Shown one piece after another: positions 16,528 through 25,367 of a stretch of DNA of 64,000 nt (positions are counted from its first letter, which is position 1; the number at the start of each line of letters is the position of its first letter). A program made the position numbers and the translations under genes. The notes below the pieces were generated by a model. That model was not told the origin of the DNA. It saw only the letters and a program-made list of their open reading frames with translations, and made no database searches. Origin of the DNA: Puia sp. (lineage in GTDB: Bacteria; Bacteroidota; Bacteroidia; Chitinophagales; Chitinophagaceae); NCBI GenBank assembly GCA_035317125.1, contig DATHHO010000194.1, forward strand, positions 17,930-81,929. Reading direction: 5' to 3'.

Positions 16528-17676
16528 ATGGCTTCCTCCAAACAAAGCGCCCCGTTCTATACAAGGCTGGCAATGGTGCTGATCAGCCTGATCTCGCTGT
16601 TTTACATCGCCATCGCTGGTAAGGAAGTGCTGGCTCCCCTCCTTTTCGCCCTGCTCTTCTCGGTGCTGCTCCTGCCCCTCGCCAATTTTCTGGAGCGGCG
16701 GCTGAAGCTCCCCCGTAGTCTGGCCGCCCTATCTTCGGTCCTATTGCTGTTGCTGTCTATCGCCGCGGTCTTATATCTCGTCGGCTCGCAGATCAGCAGC
16801 CTGGCAAACGACTGGCCTTTGTTCAAGAAACAGGTCTCTTCTTCGCTGCAGGACGTCCAGCACTGGATCTCGCAGACCTTCCACGTGGAAGTCGAGGACC
16901 AGATGAATTATGTTGAAAACACGACCAGCCATATCCTCAGCACCGGACCTGCCGTGATCGGCGGCGCCGTCCTGTCCGTATCCTCCCTCCTGCTGTTCCT
17001 GGCCTTTACCATGATCGATACCTTCTTCCTGCTGTATTACCGCCGGCTGCTGGTGCGCTTCCTCGTCGCCGTATTCAAGGAAGATAATTCCGTCACCGTG
17101 TACGAGATCATCGCGCAGGTGCAGACCCGCATCCGGCAATATATCCTCGGACTGCTGCTGGAAATGATCATCGTGTCCAGCGCCTCCTGTCTCGGTCTGT
17201 GGATCATCGGGGTCCGGTATTCGATCCTGCTCGGTCTGCTGGCCGGTCTGCTGAACTTCGTTCCCTATATCGGCATCTTTATCGCGCTGCTGCTCAGCAC
17301 CCTCGTCACGTTTGCCACGGCCGGCGTGGCGAAACTGCTCTGGGTGATCTTCACCCTGCTGGGCATTCATCTGGTGGACGCCAACGTGCTCCTGCCCATG
17401 ATCGTCGGATCCAAGGTAAAGGTCAATGGCCTGATCACCATCCTGGGCGTGATCATCGGTGGCAGCGCCTGGGGCATCACCGGCGCATTCCTCGCCCTGC
17501 CGGTCATCGCCATTATCAAGATCGTATTCGACCGTATAGAGCCACTCAAGCCCTGGGGCATGTTGCTGGGAGATGAAATTGACGAGAAACAGCCCGAGCC
17601 GCTGAAGGAGGAGATCAAAGAAGAAGGAGCACAGAACGGCAATACTACTCATAACCAATCAGCGACGAACCCGTGA
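16528..17676 (+). CDS. AI-2E family transporter
   Basis: Multi-TM; LAPLLFALLFSVLLLP, LLNFVPYIG, ANVLLPMIVGSKVKVN, WGITGAFLALP motifs. Confidence 0.92.
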   Translation: MASSKQSAPFYTRLAMVLISLISLFYIAIAGKEVLAPLLFALLFSVLLLPLANFLERRLKLPRSLAALSSVLLLLLSIAAVLYLVGSQISSLANDWPLFKKQVSSSLQDVQHWISQTFHVEVEDQMNYVENTTSHILSTGPAVIGGAVLSVSSLLLFLAFTMIDTFFLLYYRRLLVRFLVAVFKEDNSVTVYEIIAQVQTRIRQYILGLLLEMIIVSSASCLGLWIIGVRYSILLGLLAGLLNFVPYIGIFIALLLSTLVTFATAGVAKLLWVIFTLLGIHLVDANVLLPMIVGSKVKVNGLITILGVIIGGSAWGITGAFLALPVIAIIKIVFDRIEPLKPWGMLLGDEIDEKQPEPLKEEIKEEGAQNGNTTHNQSATNP

Positions 17677-19238
17677 ATACCGCCTTGCAACAAAGCCTGC
17701 TCTCCCTCGTGAACAACAGCACGGACTATATGGCCACCGCCGACAAGGATGGCAATGTGCTCTACATGAACCTCGCGGGCAGAAAGCTGGTGGGCCTCGA
17801 TCCCACGCAGAACCTCGCGGGATTGAATACACGCGATTACCTGTCGTCCTGGGATCTTGAAAAAGTGACCACAGAAGTGCTGCCCTGCGTGGAAGGTTCC
17901 GGAAGATGGACCGGAAGGCTCAGCCTCCGGCACCTGCTCACCTCCGAGGTCATCCCCTGCCAGGCCAGCTTCATCCGCATCGACGATCCGGAGACCAGCG
18001 CCTATATCGGAAGAGGAGTCACCCTGCGGGACCTGCGGCCCGAGATCAACGCCAGACAGGCCCTTTCCACCAGCGAACAGCAGCTGAGGATGGCCGTTGA
18101 GCTGGCACAGCTCGGCACCTGGAGCATCGATCTGTCCACCATGACCGCGACCTTCTCCAAAAGATCGAAGGAACTGTATGGCTTCACGGGCGACGAAGTA
18201 TCGTTTGCCGACGGCATCATGGCCATCGACGAAGACGACCGTGACCGCGCCATCGTCAATTTCCAGAAATCCCTTGACCCCCGGAACGGAGGCATCTATG
18301 AAGACACCTATGCCATCCGCAACCTGATCACCGGCCGGCAGCACGCGATCAACCTGCAGGCAAAAGTTTATTTTAACGAAAAGAACGAGGCCTGGCTGAT
18401 CGCCGGCACCCTCCAGGACATCACAGAACAGAAGACCGCGGAAAAAGACCTCGAAGACCAGGTGCAGCGCAGGACCGAAGAGCTGAACAAAGCGAATTCC
18501 AATCTTTCCCGCAGCAACCAGGAGCTGGAGCAGTTCGCCTTCATCGCCTCCCACGACCTCCAGGAGCCCCTGCGCAAGATCCGCATCTTCTCCGGGCTGC
18601 TGGAAGAAAAAAGCCGGGAAGCCTTCAGTGAAGAAGGCCTCCGCCATCTCTCCAAAATCAGGGCCTCTGCGGAACGGATGGACCGGCTCATCCGGGACCT
18701 GCTGGAGTTCTCGAGGGTAAACATAAAGAATGAACTGAGGGTCCCGGTGGACCTGAACGAGGTGATCCGGAAAGTGCTGGACGACTTCGACCTCGCGATA
18801 AAAGAAAAAAGGGCCATGATCCATGCCCAGCAGCTCCCGGTGATCGAGGCGATCCCCCTGCAGATGAACCAGCTGTTCTACAACCTTATCGGCAACGCCC
18901 TGAAATTCAGCCGCCCCGGCGTGCCGCCGCTCATACAGATCACGGCCAGACGCCTGTCTTCGCGGGAAGCGATGAAATTCTCGGGTCTTGAAGCCGGACA
19001 GCTCTACTGGGCATTCGAGATCGCCGACAACGGCATCGGGTTCGACCCATCCGTGGCCGATAAGATCTTCACCATCTTCCAAAGGCTGAATACCCGGGAC
19101 AAATATGAGGGCACCGGCATCGGGCTGGCCCTTTGCCGGAAGATCGTCAACGCACATGAAGGTCTGATCTTCGCTAGTTCGGAAAAGAAGGCGGGGGCCG
19201 TATTCCACCTGTTCCTGCCCGTAAAGTCCCTTTCGTAG
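17673..19238 (+). CDS. Cytoplasmic PAS-PAS sensor histidine kinase
   Basis: GTG start overlapping the AI-2E stop; two PAS/PAC repeats; H-box FIASHDLQEPLRKI; NLIGNALKF, DNGIGF, GTGIGLA. Confidence 0.93.
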   Translation: MNTALQQSLLSLVNNSTDYMATADKDGNVLYMNLAGRKLVGLDPTQNLAGLNTRDYLSSWDLEKVTTEVLPCVEGSGRWTGRLSLRHLLTSEVIPCQASFIRIDDPETSAYIGRGVTLRDLRPEINARQALSTSEQQLRMAVELAQLGTWSIDLSTMTATFSKRSKELYGFTGDEVSFADGIMAIDEDDRDRAIVNFQKSLDPRNGGIYEDTYAIRNLITGRQHAINLQAKVYFNEKNEAWLIAGTLQDITEQKTAEKDLEDQVQRRTEELNKANSNLSRSNQELEQFAFIASHDLQEPLRKIRIFSGLLEEKSREAFSEEGLRHLSKIRASAERMDRLIRDLLEFSRVNIKNELRVPVDLNEVIRKVLDDFDLAIKEKRAMIHAQQLPVIEAIPLQMNQLFYNLIGNALKFSRPGVPPLIQITARRLSSREAMKFSGLEAGQLYWAFEIADNGIGFDPSVADKIFTIFQRLNTRDKYEGTGIGLALCRKIVNAHEGLIFASSEKKAGAVFHLFLPVKSLS

Positions 19239-19387
19239 ACGGCTCACCGGCGAAACCCGGCGTCAGGCCGCCCAACCTCGGGCCGCCCACCCTCAGACCG
19301 TAAGCCCCCGGTTGTTTTTGGCAATAGCATGCGGATAATGCCGATTTGTCGCTTACACCCTTAACTTTGTCCGAATAATTTGACGGT

Positions 19388-19807
19388 ATGCCAAGATCAG
19401 GACCTATCATCCTTGTAGAAGACGATATAGACGACCAGGAACTCATCACGGAGATCATTGGGGGATCTCCTGTCAGGAATCCGCTGAAGATCTTCCACAA
19501 CGGGCTGCAGGCTTTAGAATACCTGAAAAACTCCACGGAATATCCCTTTCTCATAATCTGCGATGTCAACATGCCCGTAATGAACGGGCTGGAACTGAGA
19601 CAGCATATGCAAGATGACCTGTCCATGCACAACAGGAGTGCACCCTTTATCTTTTTGTCGACCACGGAAGACCGCGAAGTAGTGAAGAAGGCCTTTGCGC
19701 TTTCGGTCCAGGGGTTCTTCAAGAAGCCCTCCGAATTCCGGGAGCTACAACGGCTGCTGGAACTGGCCCTGAATTACTGGAAGCATTGCGAATATCCGAA
19801 GAAGTAA
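19388..19807 (+). CDS. Single-domain response regulator
   Basis: LVEDD, ICDVNMP, FFKKP; upstream TAACTTTG -7 element at 19362-19369. Confidence 0.92.
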   Translation: MPRSGPIILVEDDIDDQELITEIIGGSPVRNPLKIFHNGLQALEYLKNSTEYPFLIICDVNMPVMNGLELRQHMQDDLSMHNRSAPFIFLSTTEDREVVKKAFALSVQGFFKKPSEFRELQRLLELALNYWKHCEYPKK

Positions 19808-19835
19808 GGAGCATGACCGTAGCGGGTGCGGCCCT

Positions 19836-20375
19836 CTATTTCTCCAGGATGGCCCTGAGATTGGAGAGGCTGGTCTCCATATCCTTGCCCAGCATCTTTT
19901 TCAGATTGAGCAACACATGAAAGATCCGCATGGGGAAATTGCGGGTGCCGCTGAACACCCAGCTCAGCCTGGTCTGATCCTGCGCCAGGGACCGGGTCGT
20001 CATATAGGCGAAGGATACCCCTTTGAAGGGCCGCTCGAAGCGGATCTCCAGATCGATCCTTTCCCCTTCGGTGAGCTTCTTTATTTCCTGCTCGCCCTTG
20101 CCTACGTTCTTATTAGCGCTGTCCCAGGTGGCCACGAAACCAGGCGTACCATCCGTACCCCTGTATTCTTTTTTGGCGTCAGGGTCCATCATCACCCATT
20201 TATTATACTCATTCTGATGGCGGAGGAGTTTGACATAGCCAAAAACGTCCTGTCTGGGCCTGGCGATGGTCACTTCTTTTTCGATAGCGTATTCTTCTTT
20301 TGCAAAGAAGGCCACGACGAGGAGGAGGAGGATAAGGATCCCGAGGATGCTGAGGATGATCAGTAGCGTGTTCAT
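19836..20375 (-). CDS. SRPBCC family protein with N-terminal TM anchor
   Basis: IEKEVTIARPRQDVFGYV...WDS...GKGEQEI...RFERPF pattern. Confidence 0.88.
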   Translation of the reverse strand: MNTLLIILSILGILILLLLVVAFFAKEEYAIEKEVTIARPRQDVFGYVKLLRHQNEYNKWVMMDPDAKKEYRGTDGTPGFVATWDSANKNVGKGEQEIKKLTEGERIDLEIRFERPFKGVSFAYMTTRSLAQDQTRLSWVFSGTRNFPMRIFHVLLNLKKMLGKDMETSLSNLRAILEK

Positions 20376-20427
20376 GCAGCAAACATACGGCGTTCCTTCC
20401 GTTGGGATGGGGTGTATTTACGGCAAA

Positions 20428-20871
20428 TTACCAGGGTAATTGCGACATTCGGCGCACCGGCTGCCAGTAGCTCATCACATACTGGATCAGCAGGATCGCG
20501 GCCAGGATGCCGGCGATATTTTGCGACATCGACGTATAGAAGCCAGTGATCTCCAGCAGAACGCCAAGGCTATAGACATGCAGGATACCCTGACCGGCTA
20601 TTTCAAAGTATTTATAAATACCGCCTGCGATAAGGGTTGTTACGATAAGGATGACATAGGAGTTGACCCTGCCGATGTGCAGCCGGAAACTACAGAGGAC
20701 ATAGATGCAGGAAGCCAGCAAAAAGCTCATGCCCACATGCGCGGAAAAATGCACCAGCTTCTCATGGTCGGAGAACGAATCGGGGAAAATAAACCCGAAA
20801 TAGAGTATACCCAACAACAAGGCGAACTTTACTATGCGGCCGGTCCAGGCTTTTCTTTTACTGATCTCCAT
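20428..20871 (-). CDS. Small membrane protein (VanZ-like, tentative)
   Basis: 147 aa, about four TM helices, EKLVHFSAH motif and conserved late Glu/Asn. Confidence 0.7.
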   Translation of the reverse strand: MEISKRKAWTGRIVKFALLLGILYFGFIFPDSFSDHEKLVHFSAHVGMSFLLASCIYVLCSFRLHIGRVNSYVILIVTTLIAGGIYKYFEIAGQGILHVYSLGVLLEITGFYTSMSQNIAGILAAILLIQYVMSYWQPVRRMSQLPW

Positions 20872-21039
20872 GATACGATCCGAATTTCCCTGTACTAAAC
20901 GAATCTCATGCCGGGATCGGGGCGCCCCACCCCAAAAGCGTTAATTAAATTGTAAAAGCCCGGCCGCCGCCCGGCCATAAATCTCCCGCCGTTCGCTTTT
21001 ATACAATTCCGGGGTCGGCCGTCGTCCTATTTTTGGGGC

Positions 21040-21519
21040 ATGAAAAAACATAAACGCTTTGCGGTGATCCCGCTGCTGGCCGTTGCCTGGCTGCCCTTTT
21101 CCTGCATCACTCCGCAATCAAAAACAAAGACCGGCCTGGACGAGGCCCGCGCGGCGATTGCGAAAAGCAATGCCCTTTATTTCCAATCATTTGCAAAAAA
21201 CGATTCCTCGGTATTCATCGACCGCTATGCAAAAGATTGCTGCATCATGGCGCCGGGCATGCCTGCACAGTGCGGACCGGATGCACCGCTGAATTTCTTC
21301 CGGATCGCCTACGGCGAGATCGGGCTCAGGGATGGTAAATTCATCACCACGGATGTCTATGGCGACGGCGAAGAATTCGTCACCGAAGAAGGGCTCTGGC
21401 AATCCTTCAATGCGGTCGACAAGCTGTTCGACAACGGAAAATTCCTCGTCCTCTGGAAGAAGACCCCGGATGGGTGGAAGATGTTCCGGGATTCTTTCAG
21501 CAGTGACAGGGGGAAATAG
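21040..21519 (+). CDS. NTF2/SnoaL-like (DUF4440-type) exported protein
   Basis: Lipobox-like PFSC; AIAKSNALY...Y...GKFLVLWKKTPDGWKMFRDSFSSD. Confidence 0.87.
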   Translation: MKKHKRFAVIPLLAVAWLPFSCITPQSKTKTGLDEARAAIAKSNALYFQSFAKNDSSVFIDRYAKDCCIMAPGMPAQCGPDAPLNFFRIAYGEIGLRDGKFITTDVYGDGEEFVTEEGLWQSFNAVDKLFDNGKFLVLWKKTPDGWKMFRDSFSSDRGK

Positions 21520-21530
21520 GGAAGGCATCA

Positions 21531-22412
21531 TCATTCCCCCATCTTCGCAATCGTCTGTTGCAGCAGCGCGTTAAATTCCTGCGGCTTCTCCACCATGGGG
21601 AAATGCCCGGTGGCATGTATATACCGTATTTCGAAGGGGAGCTTATTGGCTATGAATCCTGAAGTGTCCGTAGGCGTGACATCGCTGTTGATCAGACATA
21701 ATTTCCGGTGGGTCGCCCGCAGCTTAGCCACCTCATCGAAATGGCTGTCCTCCATGCACGCAATGGCGATGGCGGAATCCGCATGGACAACATCGTTCAG
21801 CACTCTTTTTCGGATGCTGCTGTCCGTGGTCTTATAGAACAAGGCCTGGTTGAAATATTCGGTCGCCACGGCCCGGAAATCATGTTTGAGGGCGATGATC
21901 GCATTGGCTTCGTCCTGTTTAGACTGTGTGTCCTGCGGCTGGCCAAATCCCTTGAAGTTGTCGATCCCTACCAGACCGACGACACGGCTGGTATCGTTTG
22001 CTGCTGCCTCGAGGATGATGCCGCCGGCCATGGAGTGTCCCACCAGAATGACCTTTTTCAGGCCCAGCCTCGACATCACCGTATCGATATCCCTCCCATA
22101 AGCCTGCGTAGTCCACAGTTTTCTGTTCTTGCCGGACTGGCCAAAGCCCGGAAGATCGACGGCGACGACCCGGTAATTTTTGCTGAAAAAGGCTTCCTGA
22201 TCCGACCAGTACCCCTTATTAATACACCATCCGTGGACAAAAAGCAGCGTGGTATCTCCCTTGCCGCTGTCGGTATAATCGATCTTAACGCCCTGGTCTT
22301 CGATGCCGGTCTTCTCCGCAGCGGTTGCGGTGGCAGCAGTGTTGTCGGGGGTGTTGGTACAGGAAAATTGCGAACAGGCCAGGAGGATAACAGGAAGGAG
22401 ATACTTCTTCAT
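21531..22412 (-). CDS. Alpha/beta hydrolase lipoprotein
   Basis: QFSC lipobox; FVHGW, DLPGFGQS, GHSMAG nucleophile Ser, TGHFPMVEKP. Confidence 0.9.
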   Translation of the reverse strand: MKKYLLPVILLACSQFSCTNTPDNTAATATAAEKTGIEDQGVKIDYTDSGKGDTTLLFVHGWCINKGYWSDQEAFFSKNYRVVAVDLPGFGQSGKNRKLWTTQAYGRDIDTVMSRLGLKKVILVGHSMAGGIILEAAANDTSRVVGLVGIDNFKGFGQPQDTQSKQDEANAIIALKHDFRAVATEYFNQALFYKTTDSSIRKRVLNDVVHADSAIAIACMEDSHFDEVAKLRATHRKLCLINSDVTPTDTSGFIANKLPFEIRYIHATGHFPMVEKPQEFNALLQQTIAKMGE

Positions 22413-22436
22413 AAGCGTAACTATTGAATAATATAG

Positions 22437-22988
22437 TCAAAATTCCCATACCACGATGCTCCAGTCTTCCCCATCCGGGGCCTCGTACTCATGCAGAAGG
22501 GTAAAGCCGATGCGCTCATGCGCGCGGATGGAACGGGTGTTCCTGACCGAGACCTCGGTGATGGCGAAATCATAGCGCCCCTGCATACGACGCCGGTACC
22601 CGGCATAACAACGATCGAGGATGCCCTGCCCGCGATATTCCTTGCCGACACACACCTGTCCCACCACGATATAATGATAGCCCGATACCGGCTTGCCCTT
22701 ATACGGGACCTTGCCGAACATTTCAAACATGGGGATCAGCACGGGGATGTCTTTCTCCGAGGCGGCGGTCATGGCAAGGAGATAAGCAACGACGCGATCG
22801 CCGTCCTTTGCGATGACATGCTGCTCGATATCGTTCATTTTCTTCAGATCGTCAAGGCTATGCACCACCGTTACGAACCCCTGTCCCGCCATCTCTTCCG
22901 GGCTGAGGTTTACCGGCAGATTGCTTCGCTGCAGGGCCATGATCCCTGCGAGGTCTTTGTCGGATGTTGCGATGGTATAGGTTATCAT
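22437..22988 (-). CDS. GNAT family N-acetyltransferase
   Basis: VGQVCVGKEYRGQG acetyl-CoA motif A; NTRSIRAHERIGF. Confidence 0.88.
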   Translation of the reverse strand: MITYTIATSDKDLAGIMALQRSNLPVNLSPEEMAGQGFVTVVHSLDDLKKMNDIEQHVIAKDGDRVVAYLLAMTAASEKDIPVLIPMFEMFGKVPYKGKPVSGYHYIVVGQVCVGKEYRGQGILDRCYAGYRRRMQGRYDFAITEVSVRNTRSIRAHERIGFTLLHEYEAPDGEDWSIVVWEF

Positions 22989-23455
22989 GACCGCCCTCCC
23001 ACGACCAATCTTCTCAGAGCCATGGTATAGCCCAGATGCAGCCCTTCATGATAGGGAAGAAAAGCAAGCACGTCCCCGATCGTGTTCAGCTGGACCCCAT
23101 AGCGGTTGGTCCATGGGATATAATTGGAAAAAAGCCCGCTCCGCCAGTCGGATTCGAACCGGTCGATCGTAGAAAGGAATAAGCTTTTGATGGCATCCAC
23201 CTCGTCTGCATTGAGCACCCGCACCGGCTTCGTATCCGGCTTGTTCGCGTTGAAGAAGCCCTCGTCCACGACAACATTCTGCCCTGCCCGCACATAGGAT
23301 ACGTTCTGCTGGGCAGCGATCATATGCGAGATGTTCCAGATGATGTTATTGTTAAATCCCTGTGGGATCAGGTTCAGCTCCTCCACCGTCAGATCGGCGA
23401 CGAGGTTGAGCAAAAATTTTCGGGTGTTTCGGATGATCTCGAATTGTTTGTCCAT
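22985..23455 (-). CDS. DinB family protein
   Basis: Start reassigned to ATG 23455; NNIIWNISHMIA and YHEGLHLG metal-binding histidines; ATGA overlap with the GNAT gene. Confidence 0.9.
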   Translation of the reverse strand: MDKQFEIIRNTRKFLLNLVADLTVEELNLIPQGFNNNIIWNISHMIAAQQNVSYVRAGQNVVVDEGFFNANKPDTKPVRVLNADEVDAIKSLFLSTIDRFESDWRSGLFSNYIPWTNRYGVQLNTIGDVLAFLPYHEGLHLGYTMALRRLVVGGRS

Positions 23456-23555
23456 TTGCCAGGCTGATTTGGGGAAGGACAAATGTACAAAAAAAGTGCA
23501 GGTGGTAAAAACCACCCGCAGAGTCACATGAGAAAACTGTGAATTAGGAAAAAAT

Positions 23556-24002
23556 TTAAAAGGCTATGCTGTCTGAATCCAGATACTCTACCCGCATGGC
23601 GCCGCGCGCCATAGAATGTTTATAATTTTCGCCCATCATGATCCATTTTTTAAACCCCTGGGCGTTCAGCTGGCTGATGATGATCTTTTCTCCCGGATCG
23701 GGCGCCAGTATGATCTCCATCCTCCCCTTCCCGCAAACCCGGAACTTTTCCACCGAATCGATATTGACCAGATATTTTTTATTGATGCGATAAAAATTCG
23801 CCGAGTCCAGGCTCATTTCAATATCCCTCAGCGGCCGGGAAAGAATATATTTCAACCCCTTTGCTTTTTCTACAAGGAAGCAGAGCTTGTTCTCCAGATA
23901 GATATAGGCGATGCTCTCCTGCTTGAATACAAAATACTCTTTGCCTTTCCGCACGATGATCCGTCTGCAATCGGATTTTTCTGAATTGAGCTGAATATTC
24001 AT
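23556..24002 (-). CDS. Stand-alone LytTR DNA-binding domain protein
   Basis: IAYIY...LRDIEMSLDSANFYRINKKYLVNI...IIISQ; no REC domain. Confidence 0.88.
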   Translation of the reverse strand: MNIQLNSEKSDCRRIIVRKGKEYFVFKQESIAYIYLENKLCFLVEKAKGLKYILSRPLRDIEMSLDSANFYRINKKYLVNIDSVEKFRVCGKGRMEIILAPDPGEKIIISQLNAQGFKKWIMMGENYKHSMARGAMRVEYLDSDSIAF

Positions 24003-24065
24003 GGAAGTATGTATTACAGCATAAAAATAACCACATACTCCGAAGAAAAAGAACCCTTCATCAAA

Positions 24066-24084
24066 ATACCGCCATAAGGGGGAT
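24066..24084. promoter_or_regulatory. Candidate 8-3-8 operator site upstream of the LytTR gene
   Basis: ATACCGCC-ATA-AGGGGGAT; same geometry as the sites at 34589 and 36994. Confidence 0.45.
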
Positions 24085-24176
24085 ACCGCGCTGGATCAGG
24101 GTTCCATCGTTACACTCTGTGCTGCCAACGGACCATATCCTTTCGCTGATACGGCCCCGGCAGACTCCGGCCTCCG

Positions 24177-24671
24177 CTACTGATCCTTATAATCATCCTC
24201 GATAAATCCCGTCCTCGCCGTGCCGCTGATGACATAATTGAGTTTATCGGGATCGTCCGAGAAATTGATCTGCATATAGATGCTGTCGGATTTATTACCG
24301 CCTTTTGTTGTCCCCGCGCCAGCCAATATCTTGCCATTGAGGATGTTCACATAGCTGCTGTCGCCGTTATAATTATTCGATGCGTGAGTAGCCGTAAAGG
24401 TCTGACTGGAAAAACTGGCCGCTGCCTTGCATTTGAAGATCCACGAATGCTGCAGATCATCCACCCAGATCGAGTCGCCGCTGGCTGCCGTATTATAGGT
24501 GTCGAGAAAAAAAGTGCCCAGACTGTAGATATCATCTCCATTGTACGTCAGCGTCACATACCAGCCATTGGCTATCTTATGGGCCTTTGTCGTTCCCGGA
24601 TCGAAGGCCTTTTTACAGGAAGAGACCACGATGACCGCGGTGAAAAAAAAGAGAAAAAATATTTTTTTCAT
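24177..24671 (-). CDS. SusCD-associated lipoprotein (Lipid_bd / BT2261-like)
   Basis: VSSC lipobox; IANGWYV, TYNTAA...IWVDD, KSDSIYMQINFSDD, ISGTARTGF. Confidence 0.8.
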   Translation of the reverse strand: MKKIFFLFFFTAVIVVSSCKKAFDPGTTKAHKIANGWYVTLTYNGDDIYSLGTFFLDTYNTAASGDSIWVDDLQHSWIFKCKAAASFSSQTFTATHASNNYNGDSSYVNILNGKILAGAGTTKGGNKSDSIYMQINFSDDPDKLNYVISGTARTGFIEDDYKDQ

Positions 24672-24681
24672 GTTGTTGTTT

Positions 24682-25353
24682 TTATTGTTTCTGCCATTTC
24701 TTGGTTAAGATCAATCCGCCGGCCTGGAAATCTTCCCGGTCGATCGTCCAGGTGATCAGCCCTCCCACATAGGTTCCGTCTGGTGTGCTTTTTACATGTC
24801 CGACCGTGGTGACCTGCTCGGGAACGGTCAGCGTCGTACCGTCCAGACAGAAGAAATAGACGGCTATGGTCACCGAACTTCCCCCGCCCCAGCAATTGCT
24901 GGTATAGTACAATCCCTTATCGAGTTTGGTGATGACGGCGTTGGCTGGGGCCGAGCCGCCGACGGGCGCATAGGTACCCGAAAAGTCCGCCGTGGAGGTC
25001 TCGGGCCCGGGGATGACCCATACGATACGGGTTGCCGTGGCCTGATAGCCATCCTTATTGGAGGCGGTATAGGTCAGGGTATAGGGGCCCACCTCTGCGG
25101 TGTTCACCGTCCCGTCGATGGTGACGGGAACGGCCTGGCCATTGACCTCGGCCTTTACGCCGGGGTCCGTAAATGGGGTGCCTTTGACGACGGACATCGC
25201 CGCCAGTCCCACCCGGGTAATGACGGGGAAGTAGATGATCTTCGCGCCGGCCGGTGGTCCCTTGGGGTCGCTTGCCGTAAATTTATTACAGGACAGGAAT
25301 GATCCTGTCAACAACAGGGAAAGGAACAGATAAGAAATTTTCATGTAGCTCAT
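24682..25353 (-). CDS. SusCD-associated lipoprotein (DUF5011/DUF5012, BT2262-like)
   Basis: FLSC lipobox; YFPVIT...FTDPGVKA...GPYTLTYTASNKDGYQATATRIVWV...DFSGTY. Confidence 0.82.
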   Translation of the reverse strand: MSYMKISYLFLSLLLTGSFLSCNKFTASDPKGPPAGAKIIYFPVITRVGLAAMSVVKGTPFTDPGVKAEVNGQAVPVTIDGTVNTAEVGPYTLTYTASNKDGYQATATRIVWVIPGPETSTADFSGTYAPVGGSAPANAVITKLDKGLYYTSNCWGGGSSVTIAVYFFCLDGTTLTVPEQVTTVGHVKSTPDGTYVGGLITWTIDREDFQAGGLILTKKWQKQ

Positions 25354-25367
25354 TTTATAAATGAAGT

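Noticed and set aside
17649-19247. 532-aa minus-strand ORF
   Set aside because: Antisense shadow of the PAS kinase, expected from high GC3
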